The translations under genes and the position numbers were made by a program. Positions 42,010-53,775 of a DNA stretch of 64,000 nt are shown one piece after another. The notes under the pieces are model-generated. The model did not search any database. It worked only from the letters and a program-made list of their open reading frames with translations, and was not told the DNA's origin. Within the stretch, counting starts at the first letter, position 1. Every line of letters begins with the position of its first letter. Origin of the DNA: Dicyema japonicum (taxonomy: Eukaryota > Animalia > Dicyemida); NCBI GenBank assembly GCA_011109175.1, contig RDEW01000003.1, positions 975,071 to 1,039,070 of the forward strand, read 5' to 3'.

Positions 42010-42302
42010 CACTTTACGAAGAGCCACATTTGCTATAGCTCTTCCCAGACAGGACACACACTTTGTTGAAGTACATCATAACTAATCGATAAGGAGAACC
42101 AAGGAATGCTATTCATTTTTTGTTAGATGTGAGTCCTGTTGTAGACGATCCGGTTCCGCAGTGAGATGTTCACAGATGACGGCGTGACTCGTCAAGCCAA
42201 AGCATCGTAGATGCGTGGAACCTTCAGCCAGAATGTACAGAAGCGAAACTTGAACTAGGACCATCAGGCCTTTTGCCCAACACTCGTTACACTGGGCCAC
42301 AT
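42010..42302 (-). mobile_element. tRNA-derived SINE, full length
   Basis: A-box TGGCCCAGTG, B-box-like GTTCAAGT, core AGGTTCCACGCATCTACGATGCTTTGGCTTGACGAG, and the same 3' hairpin as 38919-39225. Confidence 0.8.
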
Positions 42303-43189
42303 TATAGTCATTATGATTCTAAGAAAGCAGGATTGTTTAGTTAAAGAAATATTTATCAACGTGACTAATTGATTTTGATAAGACAAAATTACTGCAAAAT
42401 TCCGACGGATGGTGTTCCCTTAACTTTGTGTTTAAATCGAGTTTAGATGAACATGTGAAAATTGTATTATTTTGCCTTTAAGTAGATTTCACCAGATAGA
42501 TGCGAAGCTGACGTTTAATATGCAATATTATCGACGTTTCTATTTTTAGATATTATGGTAATTATCTAAAGCAAGTTTTCACACGATCAATTAATCAAAC
42601 TTGCCCATAACGGTTCTCTAGATAGTGCTAGGCTGATTGATCTGCAAATTTGAATTCCCAGAGGAAGTGAGAATATCATTAGCAGCATACATAGAATCGT
42701 ATTAAATATAATCTTACACGTGCTGTTTCTGACAAGTGATCCTCCAAGTTATTTTAATTTTGGGCCGGACGATAGTAAAATCCTGCGAGCATCCGACACT
42801 TCCTTCCTTTGTTCAGTATTTCAGATTCTCGATGTCTACTGAGTCGGTCACCTTGTCCATGTTCACAAGAGGAAAACAAATTATTTCATCCATCGTGAAG
42901 CGTGTAATGGAGGTATGTCACCACGTATTAACCAGTTGGGTAACTGGTCAAGTATTAATTCGTCCACTATAATAATTGTCACTGTCCGTACAGGAACTAC
43001 GCGTACGTGGAACTCTATAGAACCAATAAAAATAAAAATTAGTACCGTGAATAATTCAGAGTTTTCTGAGTTAAGTTTTACGTAAGGACGGTGACAATTA
43101 TTATATTTTTTAATTTTTTTACAAATAACAAAATAATTATATTTTTTTATTTTTTTAACACATAAAATTTTATTATCAAATGAATAAAA

Positions 43190-43500
43190 GTTAAATTAAG
43201 GCATCTGAATGGCCATGCTATTTCCCCTAACAATAGCCAACGAGATACGTTCTCGGAACCAACCAGTCTCTCGCGGATTCTTGGTCACAGCTTGAATCAT
43301 GGAGCCGATCTTACGAACCAACTCATCTGCTTGGGGGCCAAGGATTCCTGACGTTTCCACCGCGAATGGAACAAAAAGATACTCCTCCGAAATTCTCTGG
43401 TACTTCCTCCTCTTTCGTTCCTCGGCCTGCTTTGAAGCATGTCCTGGGTCTGAAGCAGAAGCAACCAAATTAGACGGGGAATAAGTATCAACACACGTCG
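43190..43500 (-). mobile_element. CRE-like 3' end
   Basis: AEERKRRKYQRISEEYLFVPFAVETSGILGPQA...RERISLAIVRGNS. Confidence 0.8.
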
Positions 43501-44603
43501 ATAATTATATTAAAAATAATTAAATTGACGTAAGAAGCTTGAAACGCCAAGCTGTTCCTATGACAATAAATAATGACAATAGCTATCGAGATACGCTCTT
43601 GAAGCCGATATTTAGTCATTTTTCTTTATTAATTTTGTTATAACTTTTTTTCCAAAATATGGCGTAGATATTTATCTCCAATTATAGCGTGTAGCTCAAT
43701 GTTCTAGCAACAATAATTTTCGTTTAAAATAACCAGTTTTGGATGACCGCATGCAAACCAGAATGATACTTGGCAAGCTTGATGCCAAAGGGATGAATAT
43801 TTCTTCAGTTTTTTTTCACTTGGCAGAGCTTGAATCCGGGAAGTAAATGAATCATATTATTGCGGTAAATTTCCCAAAAAGCTGGAAATCACTCTCCTCC
43901 TATTTTTAGAAGTGATAACGTTAACTCATTAATTGCCTTCTACATAAAAACATTATTGACTCTTCCTAGGGCGAGTTTCCATTTTAATCTGACAAAAAAA
44001 CAAAAGTTAATCAAAAATGGTCCTCGCCGACATAATCTTCGTTGTGTTGCCTCACACGATTGCAAAAGAGATCAACCAGAAAGCCACTGATTCTCAAGTG
44101 CATCTTGGCTTTTGATTTTAGTCAGACATCTCTACTTTTTTGGGAAACGATGCGATTTCCCACTCGTATTCTTCCAGTTGTTTCAACTACAATGGCCGAA
44201 GTGAACCGGTCAAACAACACGTCGTATTTTTTCCGCGGAATAGAACGTGTCTACCGTGCTCCCGACAATGCTGGAAGGATAAAGGAGGTCGATACGTGTG
44301 GCATCCAATTCCAACGACTTCTTGAGCAGAAAGATTGATTCCGACCAGATGTTTTACATCTCATCCGCCTAATCTGTCAGTTTTTTATTAAAAGTTAAAA
44401 AAATATAATTTCAATTATTATAAGCATTAGATGTTATGTAATGTTTTCGTATTTCCATTTCGAATTCGTTAATGACTCTTTTGCCAATTTACATTTCATC
44501 CCACATGAGAGGATAGCTAAACTGATAAAATAAATAACAACAAACAAGATGTTACAGCATAAAAATTTTAGATGTTTTTAGAATCAAAAAAACATAAAGT
44601 AAA

Positions 44604-44675
44604 CTCCCCAGCTGGGAATCGAACCCAGGTCACCGCGATGACAACGCGGTATACTAACCACTATACTACCGGGGA
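44604..44675 (-). tRNA. tRNA-Asp (GTC)
   Basis: 72 nt, TCCCCGG...CTGGGGAG; D-arm AGTATAGTGGTTAGTAT; anticodon arm CCGCG-TTGTCAT-CGCGG; T-arm CTGGG-TTCGATT-CCCAG; T-run terminator downstream. Confidence 0.95.
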
Positions 44676-44899
44676 CATTTATTTTAATTTCTATCAATCA
44701 TCAACACTTACTATATGAATTTTTAAATGTGTAATAAATACTTGATGCTGGGCTTGAAGAAATTTAAAGCATATGATCCTGTGTTAGATTATCCGATGAC
44801 GTCAATAGAAGGAAAAAAAATCTTAATCAAAATATTAGATCATATACTTATTTTATTTCAGATTATTCGAGATTTGATTACTCTTAGTTTTTTTGATTT

Positions 44900-45075
44900 T
44901 TATTTATTTAAGAGCCGTTGGTACAATGACGGCTGAATTCTTGCAAGAACTCGGAGGATTGCTTGCCAGAAAGAAAAGGGATCAACGAGAAGGGTTATGG
45001 CTAAGACAAAAGATCGGAATAGCCATACTCCGAGGGAACTCGTTCGCAATCCACGCAGCAGGTTTCCTCAACTGA
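44900..45075 (+). mobile_element. CRE-like 3' end; near-identical copy at ~51925-52100
   Basis: AEFLQELGGLL...WLRQKIGIAILRGNSFAI. Confidence 0.75.
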
Positions 45076-45129
45076 CATTTGTTTAATTGTTAAAAAAAAT
45101 TTTACAAAATCAAATTAATATCGCTAAAA

Positions 45130-45462
45130 AAAAACTTTAGGAGTTGTCTTAAGATGCTTCAAGAATCATATGGATAAATTATCTATTGAAGAATCAACGA
45201 GGACTTACATCAATCGGTTGTGCTGAAGAGAACGCTCGAAAGTATGCTCATTGAACATAAGCATGGGATGAAGGTATACGATGAAGAGTACGCCTCTGCT
45301 ACCTCCCAACTTGTGGAACTGGCATGCCGTGAGGACAGCCCATTGGTCTCTAACGGAGATATTTTGACTGAATCTGATGTGGAGATGCGGAGTAACAGGG
45401 AGGTTCTAAGAGAAGAAGAGGGATTACCAACAATCTGGATCAAAATACGCTTAATTAGTTAA
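45130..45462 (+). mobile_element. RLE (R4/Dong-like) 3' end
   Basis: YIQSVVLKRTLES motif shared with 10216-10449 and 30300-30400. Confidence 0.6.
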
Positions 45463-45499
45463 TTTACTCGTTATTATTATTTTATTTTGGTTTATATTG

Positions 45500-46110
45500 A
45501 GAAATGCATTTCAAGAAAATCTGGACCGTCTTGACGAATGGCTATCGAAGAGTCGCCTAGCTGCCAGCAGTGAAAAGTCCATCACAACCCTATTTACTTC
45601 AGACAAGAGACTGGAAGACAGACGGTCAAACTAAAGAAAACAATCAAGCCATTCCTATCAAAGATTTCAATGTATCCTTGGGTGACTTTTACATGCACAT
45701 GTAATTCTCGCCCCGTGTTGAAAACGTTATTAAAAATGCGAAAAAGAAAACTAATGTTTTGAAATGCCTCACAAACTCTGAAAACGAAAGCATACTTTTG
45801 GGCACTATTTATAAACAATACATCGAATCATGTATCTCTTACGCATGTGCTATGGGGGCCAATCATCTCTTGGACAAATGTCTTGAAGATCGAGGCTAGC
45901 CGAAAAGAGCCTCCAAAATCACGGAACGCTGAACTTCTGGAGAGTTCCAGCCACCAATGCCTCTTGAAACCTTGATACGAATGAACCATGGAACACGCCG
46001 TCGTGACTGCGAAGATCCGATCACTGGACCGATACGTGCTTGTGCGGGGTCGAGGGAGGAGCATTGGGCCAAGATGAGGTCCCTGCTAGGGCGTGCTGGG
46101 ATCACGTGAT
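45500..46110 (+). mobile_element. Jockey/I-group LINE 3' fragment
   Basis: KKTNVLKCLT...IYKQYIESCISYAC parallels the 25510-26157 ORF; ends gctgggatcacgtga, like ~53790-53945. Confidence 0.55.
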
Positions 46111-46626
46111 TCGTTTGTTTGTGTAACCGTGGTCTCTGGTGTTATTATTATTCTTTCTTACAGTTTCATTTCATGAGGTCCATCCTTTTCCTGGACGATC
46201 GAATATCTTAGCTATATTGAAAAGGATTACCGAACGACGAACAATGAATCACTGGAAAGAAATGTTTACTTTCAAACACTCCAGAAACCCATCTAAATTG
46301 TGGACCAGTAACACCTCACCTTGTCCTTGTCTATCAAAGACTTGTGTAGAGTGATGGAAAAACATTGATCAAGTTGAAAGCTCTGCTAGGACGTACCGAG
46401 ATGACGTAGTTATCTAATTTTTGTTTACCCGTAGTAATTTGTTATAAATTATTATTTAAAAAAATCAAATTGGATGTGTCCTTTGATTACTCAGTTAAGT
46501 ATCATTCCATTATTTGTGGAAAATAATCAATTAAGTACAATATTTGGCTAATTATTTCAATTATGCTAAGCAGACGTATTATGCTCGCCTTAATTATCGC
46601 TGGTTTTATCGAAGAAAAAAACTGTT

Positions 46627-49600
46627 ATGGTAGTTTAGAGTAAATTATCCTTAGGAAAACACGGATAATAAATCGCAGTTAAAATTCATAGAAGACGAAT
46701 TGACGGAAGAACTGGGAAAGTACAGCAGTCAGCGAATTCGATATTTACGAATGCAGATGCAGAGTCAACCGTCGGACTGTTATATTCAGGCGAAAGACAT
46801 CGATAAAATATTTGAGGTTCGTGTCACCAAATAAGTTAGGATTCTGGGGTGATCATTAATCCTAACATCTATCCAATTTTGATTAAAAGTTTCGAAAATC
46901 GTTCTTTAGTCAACTATGAGTCACTTTACCAATATTTATCTGAAATCCACGATAAAGCAAGTAAATTTTCTATGCAAGTTCCCAAGAGAAGGCTAAGGAT
47001 GATGTTGACCCTCAAATTAATGAAACAGAATTTCGCTACGTCGGTGAAAATGAGCTCATGGAACGTCTTGAACAACAACTTTGCAGAAACAAGGGTCATT
47101 TTAAGCTGAAAGAATTATCGCTAAAAGCTGCAGGTTTAGACGCCGATAAAAATGGGTTGGTCTCCCATAAAAAGGTGATTTTTTTAGTTTTAGAGTAGCT
47201 ATACGAATTATGCGGCGAACTGGATGCTCCGGTATATGGAGTTTTATTGGAACAAATTTTAAATTTATTTCAGTTGGAGGAATCAAATAAAGTGAGGTAC
47301 GATTGGATTTAACTTGTCCAGGTGGATGGACTTTGTAAATTATCTGATTATAGCCCACAAGAGACTAAACGGTAAATACAAGTCACCCGAGATTGAACAA
47401 AATATAGACATTTCTGACTTTTCCATTTCAGTTGAGGTGACGAATAAATCTAAACCTTTAGGAAAACCCGAAAGAATCGCCCGATCTGTTGGAATCATCC
47501 ACCGCTGATAATTTTGGTAGTATTTTTGGTTACATTTGATGAGGAAAACAATCATGCGAAGGAAATATCAGAAAACGCGGGATATTTAAACCCGGAAAAT
47601 AATTTCGGAAATATTACCGATTCTAGAGTTAAATCTACCAGATAAAAACTTGAAATTGGACTGGATGTTCAAATTCTGCTAATTTAGATATGGGAGTAAC
47701 CTAAATATGCGGGGGTCGTCATTTCATATCTCCAAAAATGCAGTCATTTACTGTGTGAATAAATTTGTGATTATTTACGACTCAACAATGCATTCTCAGC
47801 GGTATTATTTGAAGCATACAAATTCAATATATTTGTAAGATCTAAAGCCACTGATTTAGCATCGAAGTCGATTCTACGGAAACGTTCGTCGCAAGCTGCC
47901 AGAAAGGCAAAAATTATGAAAATGTAAAAATCACTTGAAAATTACTTCTAGGATCTAATCTACTTGTGGCGAGTAGATGACCTCAATACAACTGGTATAT
48001 TTGAGGTCGCGGCAAATTACCGTGTTTCGGGGTTCAGTTCAAAGGAGTAAATGTTACAGTCCTATAACTTTCAGAGTGAAGTCGTAGTTTTAGAAAGCAA
48101 CGACGAACTCAAGTTGCACAGCTTCATCATCATCGATACAAGTGGGGTTCTCAAATTCAAATTCGAAAAAGTTTGTTGGTTGACTCTATTAAGTTCGAAT
48201 CAAATAAAATATTGTCATTCAGTCAAAACCCTTACAAAATAAGTGAATACGTGGTTGCGGGGGTGGAAGTCCTAATGTGGTGGACCATCAACGACAAAAC
48301 CTGTTCATTTATTAGCGCCAATTATCAAGTTTTTTATTTAGCGAGCAATGCAGAATCATTTACGGCCGAAATATGTTAATGCTCTTGCATTCGTGAGAGA
48401 CGGAAGGCTGATAACTGGGGACTCAAACGGTACCCTATATGTTTGGTCAAATGATGACGCAAAAGTCATTACAAACTTCATAAAGCACGCCCATGAAGTA
48501 CAACGTGAATTTTTGGAATATTTAGAGTCCCATAATCGGCTTGATGTTTGAGAAAAATATGATCACGACATTTGCCTAAATGGGAACATTAGAACTTGGA
48601 GTTGGACGCTGTATATGGATAAAATAATGGAAACTCGAGTATTTTATCAAAAAATTAAGATTCCCTTCGAAATATGGTTCAATCAGGAATATCAAAGTAA
48701 AAAATGATGTTATTTATTTTGCGACGTCAAAAAATTCGATTTTATCGGCGAAATACGACTGTGAACTGTTCCAAGATAATTTTGAGCACATGAGAACGTT
48801 GTTGCCTGTATTTTTGAATATACAAAATTCAGGAACATTGGTGTTCTATTCTCAGAAAAAATTGGGGAAAGTACATTTGGGGTCGTTGAAAATAATTATT
48901 TGGGAATTTATGACGTCGATGTTAAAAAAATAGTCGAAATTCACAAATTATCAGTTATTGTCGATATAACGAGTTTTTAGAGCAATTCGACGTCTGCCTG
49001 TAATTGGACGGCTCCACTTTTAACTGTGGGGACAAAGTCAGGGGAGATAATTATTTATCTCTTAAAAGTTGGCGAAAACGCCAGGAAAGTGTACAATTTT
49101 AAAGTGTCGGAGGTGAAGATTACAGTTATTCAATTTTATAAAGGCAAACGGCTATTTGAGTGTTAGATTTGTCGTATTTATCCCTCGGCGATGAATCAGG
49201 AGAAATATTTGTTCTGAAATACGAAAATGAACGGTGGAACCTTCTAAGATCATTTTCGGTATAAAAATCATTTAAAGAAGGTTTTTAAAACCGCGGTATT
49301 TGCGATTGACTGGAGCCAAGACGGAATGTCCCTGCGAGCTTGCTCCGATCAATTTGATCACGTTCAGTGCTATTTGGCAGACAGAGCGGAATCTGATTCG
49401 TTTATGACGGAAAACTGCTATTTTGGAATTAAAAATTCTGGTGTGCTTTTTTAAGTTATTCTGCTTAGAAATTTGGAGATCGGAAATGCTTAGAAATTCT
49501 AGAATAAAATCAATCCACCACTGCAAAAATAAAGGACTTTTGGCTGTTTCAAATGAAAGGGGGTACTGGGCATTTTTAATCTTTCTGTTCGAATAAAAAT

Positions 49601-49744
49601 GTAACGAATGTCTAATTTTAGAGTTTTTGTAATACATATAAAATTTCTCCAAAGTTGTCTAACCTAAAGTTCATTTCTGATTATTTATTGTCGACATGCG
49701 ATGAAGCAATCATTCAGTGGAAAGTAGTTAATTTAAATCAATAA
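46627..49744 (+). CDS. EML/EMAP-like HELP + WD40 microtubule-associated protein with an EF-hand-like N-terminal extension; ~18 mini-introns; apparent 1-nt indels
   Basis: Spliced LPDKNLKLDW|IYG...VIYCVNKFVIIYDSTMHSQRYYLKHTNSI (HELP motif), ALAFVRDGRLITGDSNGTLYVW, AIDWSQDG, C-terminal EAIIQWKVV; stop 49742-49744. Introns include 46817-39, 46961-86, 47175-98, 47297-321, 47437-61, 47667-87, 47835-59, 47924-51, 48171-93, 48329-53, 48498-525, 48954-80, 49144-66 (GC-AG), 49259-80 and 49601-21. The start and a few junctions are unresolved. Confidence 0.85.
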
Positions 49745-50240
49745 ACGTTTAATAAACTTCAACATTTTATAGCTTCAGTTTTAATGAGACTTATCTCTAC
49801 TATCATCAGTCATCCACGTGGTCGGAAAGTTAAGGTGGTGACGGATTTCTATCGCACATAATGTCTACTTAGTCTCATCATGGATGACATCCCTTGTCTT
49901 TTCCCCGTAAGCATGGATAAGGTGATGGACTTAGAAAAAACTGAAAACCTGAAGTTAGTGTAGGACTCGGGTTCGAATCTTGTTATATGTAAGTGAGTTT
50001 ATGGTTATAATTTTTTGACCTTGAAAAAGTCAAATCGAGTCTTTGATTATCATAATTTTATTTTTATGCGGCGAACTTTAAATTTGAACGAGCTGATAGT
50101 GAAAGATCCGAAGAAAAGCACGAAAAAGACATGTGTGCAATAGAGCCACGTCACCAGCTCAACCAAAAAAGTCGCGGTAAATTACCGTCGCCAGGGAGCA
50201 AAATAGTCCCCGATGGAATACCTGAAGACAAATACGCACA

Positions 50241-50561
50241 ATAATAATAACAGCCTTTTCACTAGAGCCATAATATTTATAGCTCCGCACAAGCAGGGCA
50301 CACTTTATTTAAGTCAAGAACAGTTAATTTTAACTAATCGTAGAACTAAGGAATGATCTTCACTTATTTTTCTTTTTCTTGTGTGTGGGTCCTTTCTAAA
50401 CAATCCAGTTCCGCAGTGAGTATCCACTGATGGCGGCGTCACTCGTCAAACCCTTTTGGCATTGTAGATGCGTGGAACTTTCCACCAGCTGAACAGCAGT
50501 GAGAATCAAACCCGTAACCTAAGTCACTTTTGCCTGACACCTAAATACTATGCCACCCGGC
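50241..50561 (-). mobile_element. tRNA-derived SINE (diverged copy)
   Basis: Head GCCGGGTGGCATAGT, B-box-like GGGTTTGATT, core AAAGTTCCACGCATCTAC...TTTGACGAGTGACGCC, hairpin AGCTATA-AATAT-TATGGCT, (TAT)n tail. Confidence 0.75.
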
Positions 50562-50953
50562 TGCACAAGCGGAACCTTAATTAAATAAATTACTTTTTTG
50601 GTTATTTGAAAAGTGCTATTAATAATAATAAACCCTAAATTTATGTGATTTCCAGCGTGGTAGATTATTTTTTTGTAATGGGTACTTGCAGAGGTTCGCG
50701 GTTGCCCTGACTTCGTGGATATTCCCTCTCAGGAAAGCGAGCGATATTCGCTCAAATAACCAGCAGCGCTCACGGGGATCTCCTGATCGTGTAGCAATAC
50801 AATTTCCTAGACGATTGAAAATCGTCGCTTATTAATTAAATCACAAAAAATATGTAATAAATTGTAATTTTTATCGATTTTGTTTGGAAATTTTACTTGG
50901 AAATTTCCAGCGGTAAAAATAATATATAAAGAATTTTGAGCGGTGGAATTGAA

Positions 50954-51187
50954 ATGTCAACGTCTGTGTGGGTGTGCAGGAGTGGCTCTTCAATCTTTGT
51001 TGTCCCAACTGTTTCTGAAGGACAGGTTGCTATCTATGACCGACAATTCTCTGATTCCAGTGAAGGAATGGAAATTTTGGCAAGACGACTTTCAGATGCG
51101 GGACTCCAACAAGTGGCGGATTTTGAATTTGAGACTGAACTTCCGGATGACGCAATTGTCTCGGCTCTTACGGAAAACGTTGATTAG
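50954..51187 (+). CDS. Possible small intronless ORF (77 aa), unknown
   Basis: GC-richer open frame in AT-rich flanks, acidic C-terminus; no motif recognised. Confidence 0.3.
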   Translation: MSTSVWVCRSGSSIFVVPTVSEGQVAIYDRQFSDSSEGMEILARRLSDAGLQQVADFEFETELPDDAIVSALTENVD

Positions 51188-53059
51188 TTTTTAGTGATTC
51201 TCTGTTTTTTAGTTTGTTTTCTGTTCATTCTGAATATTTCAATGGAAAATTAAGTTTTTAATAGAAATGCACCCCCTCTTGAAAAGGGTACTTGTCTAGA
51301 GAAGTGTAGACACTTTCCTGCATCAAAATCAATATATTTTATTTTTTAGTAAATTAATTTATTATTCCAAACATCAAAGTTAAATCGAGTTAACTAAGTC
51401 TTTGATCCTGACGTTTTCAGTAGAACCATCATCCAAGAACAGTGATACTCCTCGGCAGTGAGCGTAATAGATGGAATAAATATATGGTTCCTTTTGAATG
51501 CCGGCCAGGTATTGGGCGTTTCTTGAGTAAGGTGAATCCGATTACGTCGGCATTATGGAGGTAGCGAGATGTAGGTTAAAAAGTGATGATGAGAGAACGG
51601 ATGCCTGAGTGACAACACTGGGGGGTAGTGAAATCAGAACATATGGGAATGTTTGACTCATGAAGGTATGTTTGACTCAGCCTTCCATAAAGTAAGTTTG
51701 TTAGCCAGGACTTGACGGAGATTTTTAGAATAACTAATCTTGTTTGAGAGAGCCGAACGAGAAATGCTGTTAGGATGATTGAGACCAGAACAGTTCTTTA
51801 GGGGGTTTTGAATGCACATCATAGATTATTTCATTAATATATCCAACTAGAGAATTCTCCACATTAATTTAAATCAAGAAATATTCTTGCCTCGGGGATC
51901 GCTACCGATTTACTCCTGTTGCGACCGAATCATCGGGAGCCGTTGGTCCAATGACCGCTGAATTCTTGCAAGAACTCAAAGGATTGCTTGACAGAAAGAA
52001 AAGGGATCAACGAGAAGGGTTATGGCTAAGACAAAAGATAAGAATAGCCATACTCCGAGGGAACTCGTTCGCAATCCACGCAGCAGGCTTCCTCAACTGA
52101 CATTTGTTTAATTGTTAAAAAAATTTTTTGTTTAAAAAAAAATTAAATTTAAATTAATTTGGCGGTAAATAACATAAAAATTGGTACATCCGTGAATAAT
52201 ATAAACTAGAAAATATTGCTAAAAGTGTTTCACTGAGTTTGAATAGAAACATTTTGTTCAGTGTTTTTTTAGTGTTGTTTTAAATTCATAGCACACTTTC
52301 TATTCCCCCACTCAGAGTTACTAACAGATGTGACTGATCCGTGGAACCTTATTTATACTCAACTGGTTTCTTCATGAGGAAGAAACCTTGATTGTTATTA
52401 CGGACACATAAGAGATAGATCTTCTTTCTATGAAGCTGGAATAGAAATGGTAATAGCAAGAGAAACTATTAATTCCAATTTAGTGGGGGTTGATCATCAA
52501 CATGGATGTTGAAGAATGGGATAATATATTTATCGGTAAATGATTAATATGGTGCTCCGGTTCCCTTTAATTGAAAAATTAAGTCGGAAAGCTCTAATAA
52601 CGTTTCCAACATAAAATCACCGAAGAGTCGTATTGTTCCCCAAGATTAACACCATTTAGACATTTCATAGCAATTTCTGTGATTGTGAATGATTTTAGAT
52701 AATAAAAAATCCATTAATGATGCTTGTTCATTGCTACGACTTTTTGTAATCATTGAGTAGATTAACGCTAACAACAAGATGGTTATTAACAACCCAAGGA
52801 GCACTTAGAAAGATGTTGAAACAACAAGGTGATCCAGTTTTCAATAATCCTCAAACTCTTGTTATATAATCTTCTGTGTCTCCGTAAGCCAGTGAATTTT
52901 CAAACTCTTTGTCGATGAAACTTATTCTGTGGAAAGAAGGATCTATCAATTTGAAATTAATGCCTTTTAACAACGAGTATAAATGACTAATATGGTGAAT
53001 ACGCATGATATACACTCATCTTCCTAATTGGACATCACACCTCTCATCATACCCCTTCA

Positions 53060-53490
53060 TGCAGAAGATGTGCGAGGAGATTCCCACGACACATTAACTT
53101 GAATGATGTTGTGAACCTGAGTCTGCCAGACAACTTTCCATACTGGAGCCCACTGGCCTAGACAGGAGAGATGGAAAGCGACCGGACGGAGTAACAATTT
53201 TTCCGTTTGAGGAGGAGAAACCATTAGTTTGGGGTGGAGGAGAACCACGTGTGTCGACTCTCTATCCCTCACCAATATCACTGGGAGCCCGGTAAAGGCA
53301 CTGAACGCCGGAGAGAAAGCAGAGGAAAAGAAATATAGTGGACTCCTCGAAGGATATACCTTCCGCGCGGTTGCTGTCGAGACAACCGGAGTGATAAGTG
53401 GTAAGTCCCTCAGACGTATTGCCTCACTGAACGCAAAACGCAACGGCTTATCCAGTTGGTTACAGATGAGTGAATTTACCATCTAATTTA
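53060..53490 (+). mobile_element. CRE-like 3' fragment
   Basis: CVDSLS...AGEKAEEKKYSGLLEGYTFRAVAVETTGVISGKS; another short 3' end at ~54400-54500. Confidence 0.75.
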
Positions 53491-53589
53491 TGCCAATTTT
53501 TTTAGCATTCTTTTTTACAATAGCGTCAAAAAAGTAGCCACGCGAATGACGCTTGTCTATCCGAAATATGTAGAATCTAAAAAATAAAA

Positions 53590-53775
53590 ATGGCACCGAA
53601 GTCGTCAAAAATTAACAGCCTGATAACGGGATGGAATTCAAGAATATGCATACTTCAAAGTTATGCGAAGAATTTAACGTAAATTAAATAAATGGAAGGT
53701 CGAACAATCCGCAAAGTCAGGGAATTATCGACGCTTCAAACAGACTGTAACTAGAAGTTTATCCAAAACGATGGT
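53590..53775 (+). mobile_element. DDE integrase core relic (Ginger/KRBA2-like or LTR integrase)
   Basis: PDNGMEFKN...CEEFNV...GRSNNPQSQGII matches the rve pattern SDNG.EF...PQSQG.IER. Confidence 0.6.

Noticed and set aside
52350-53050. Minus-strand frame with a hydrophobic stretch and scattered stops
   Set aside because: Stops are not removable by GT-AG mini-introns and no family was recognised.
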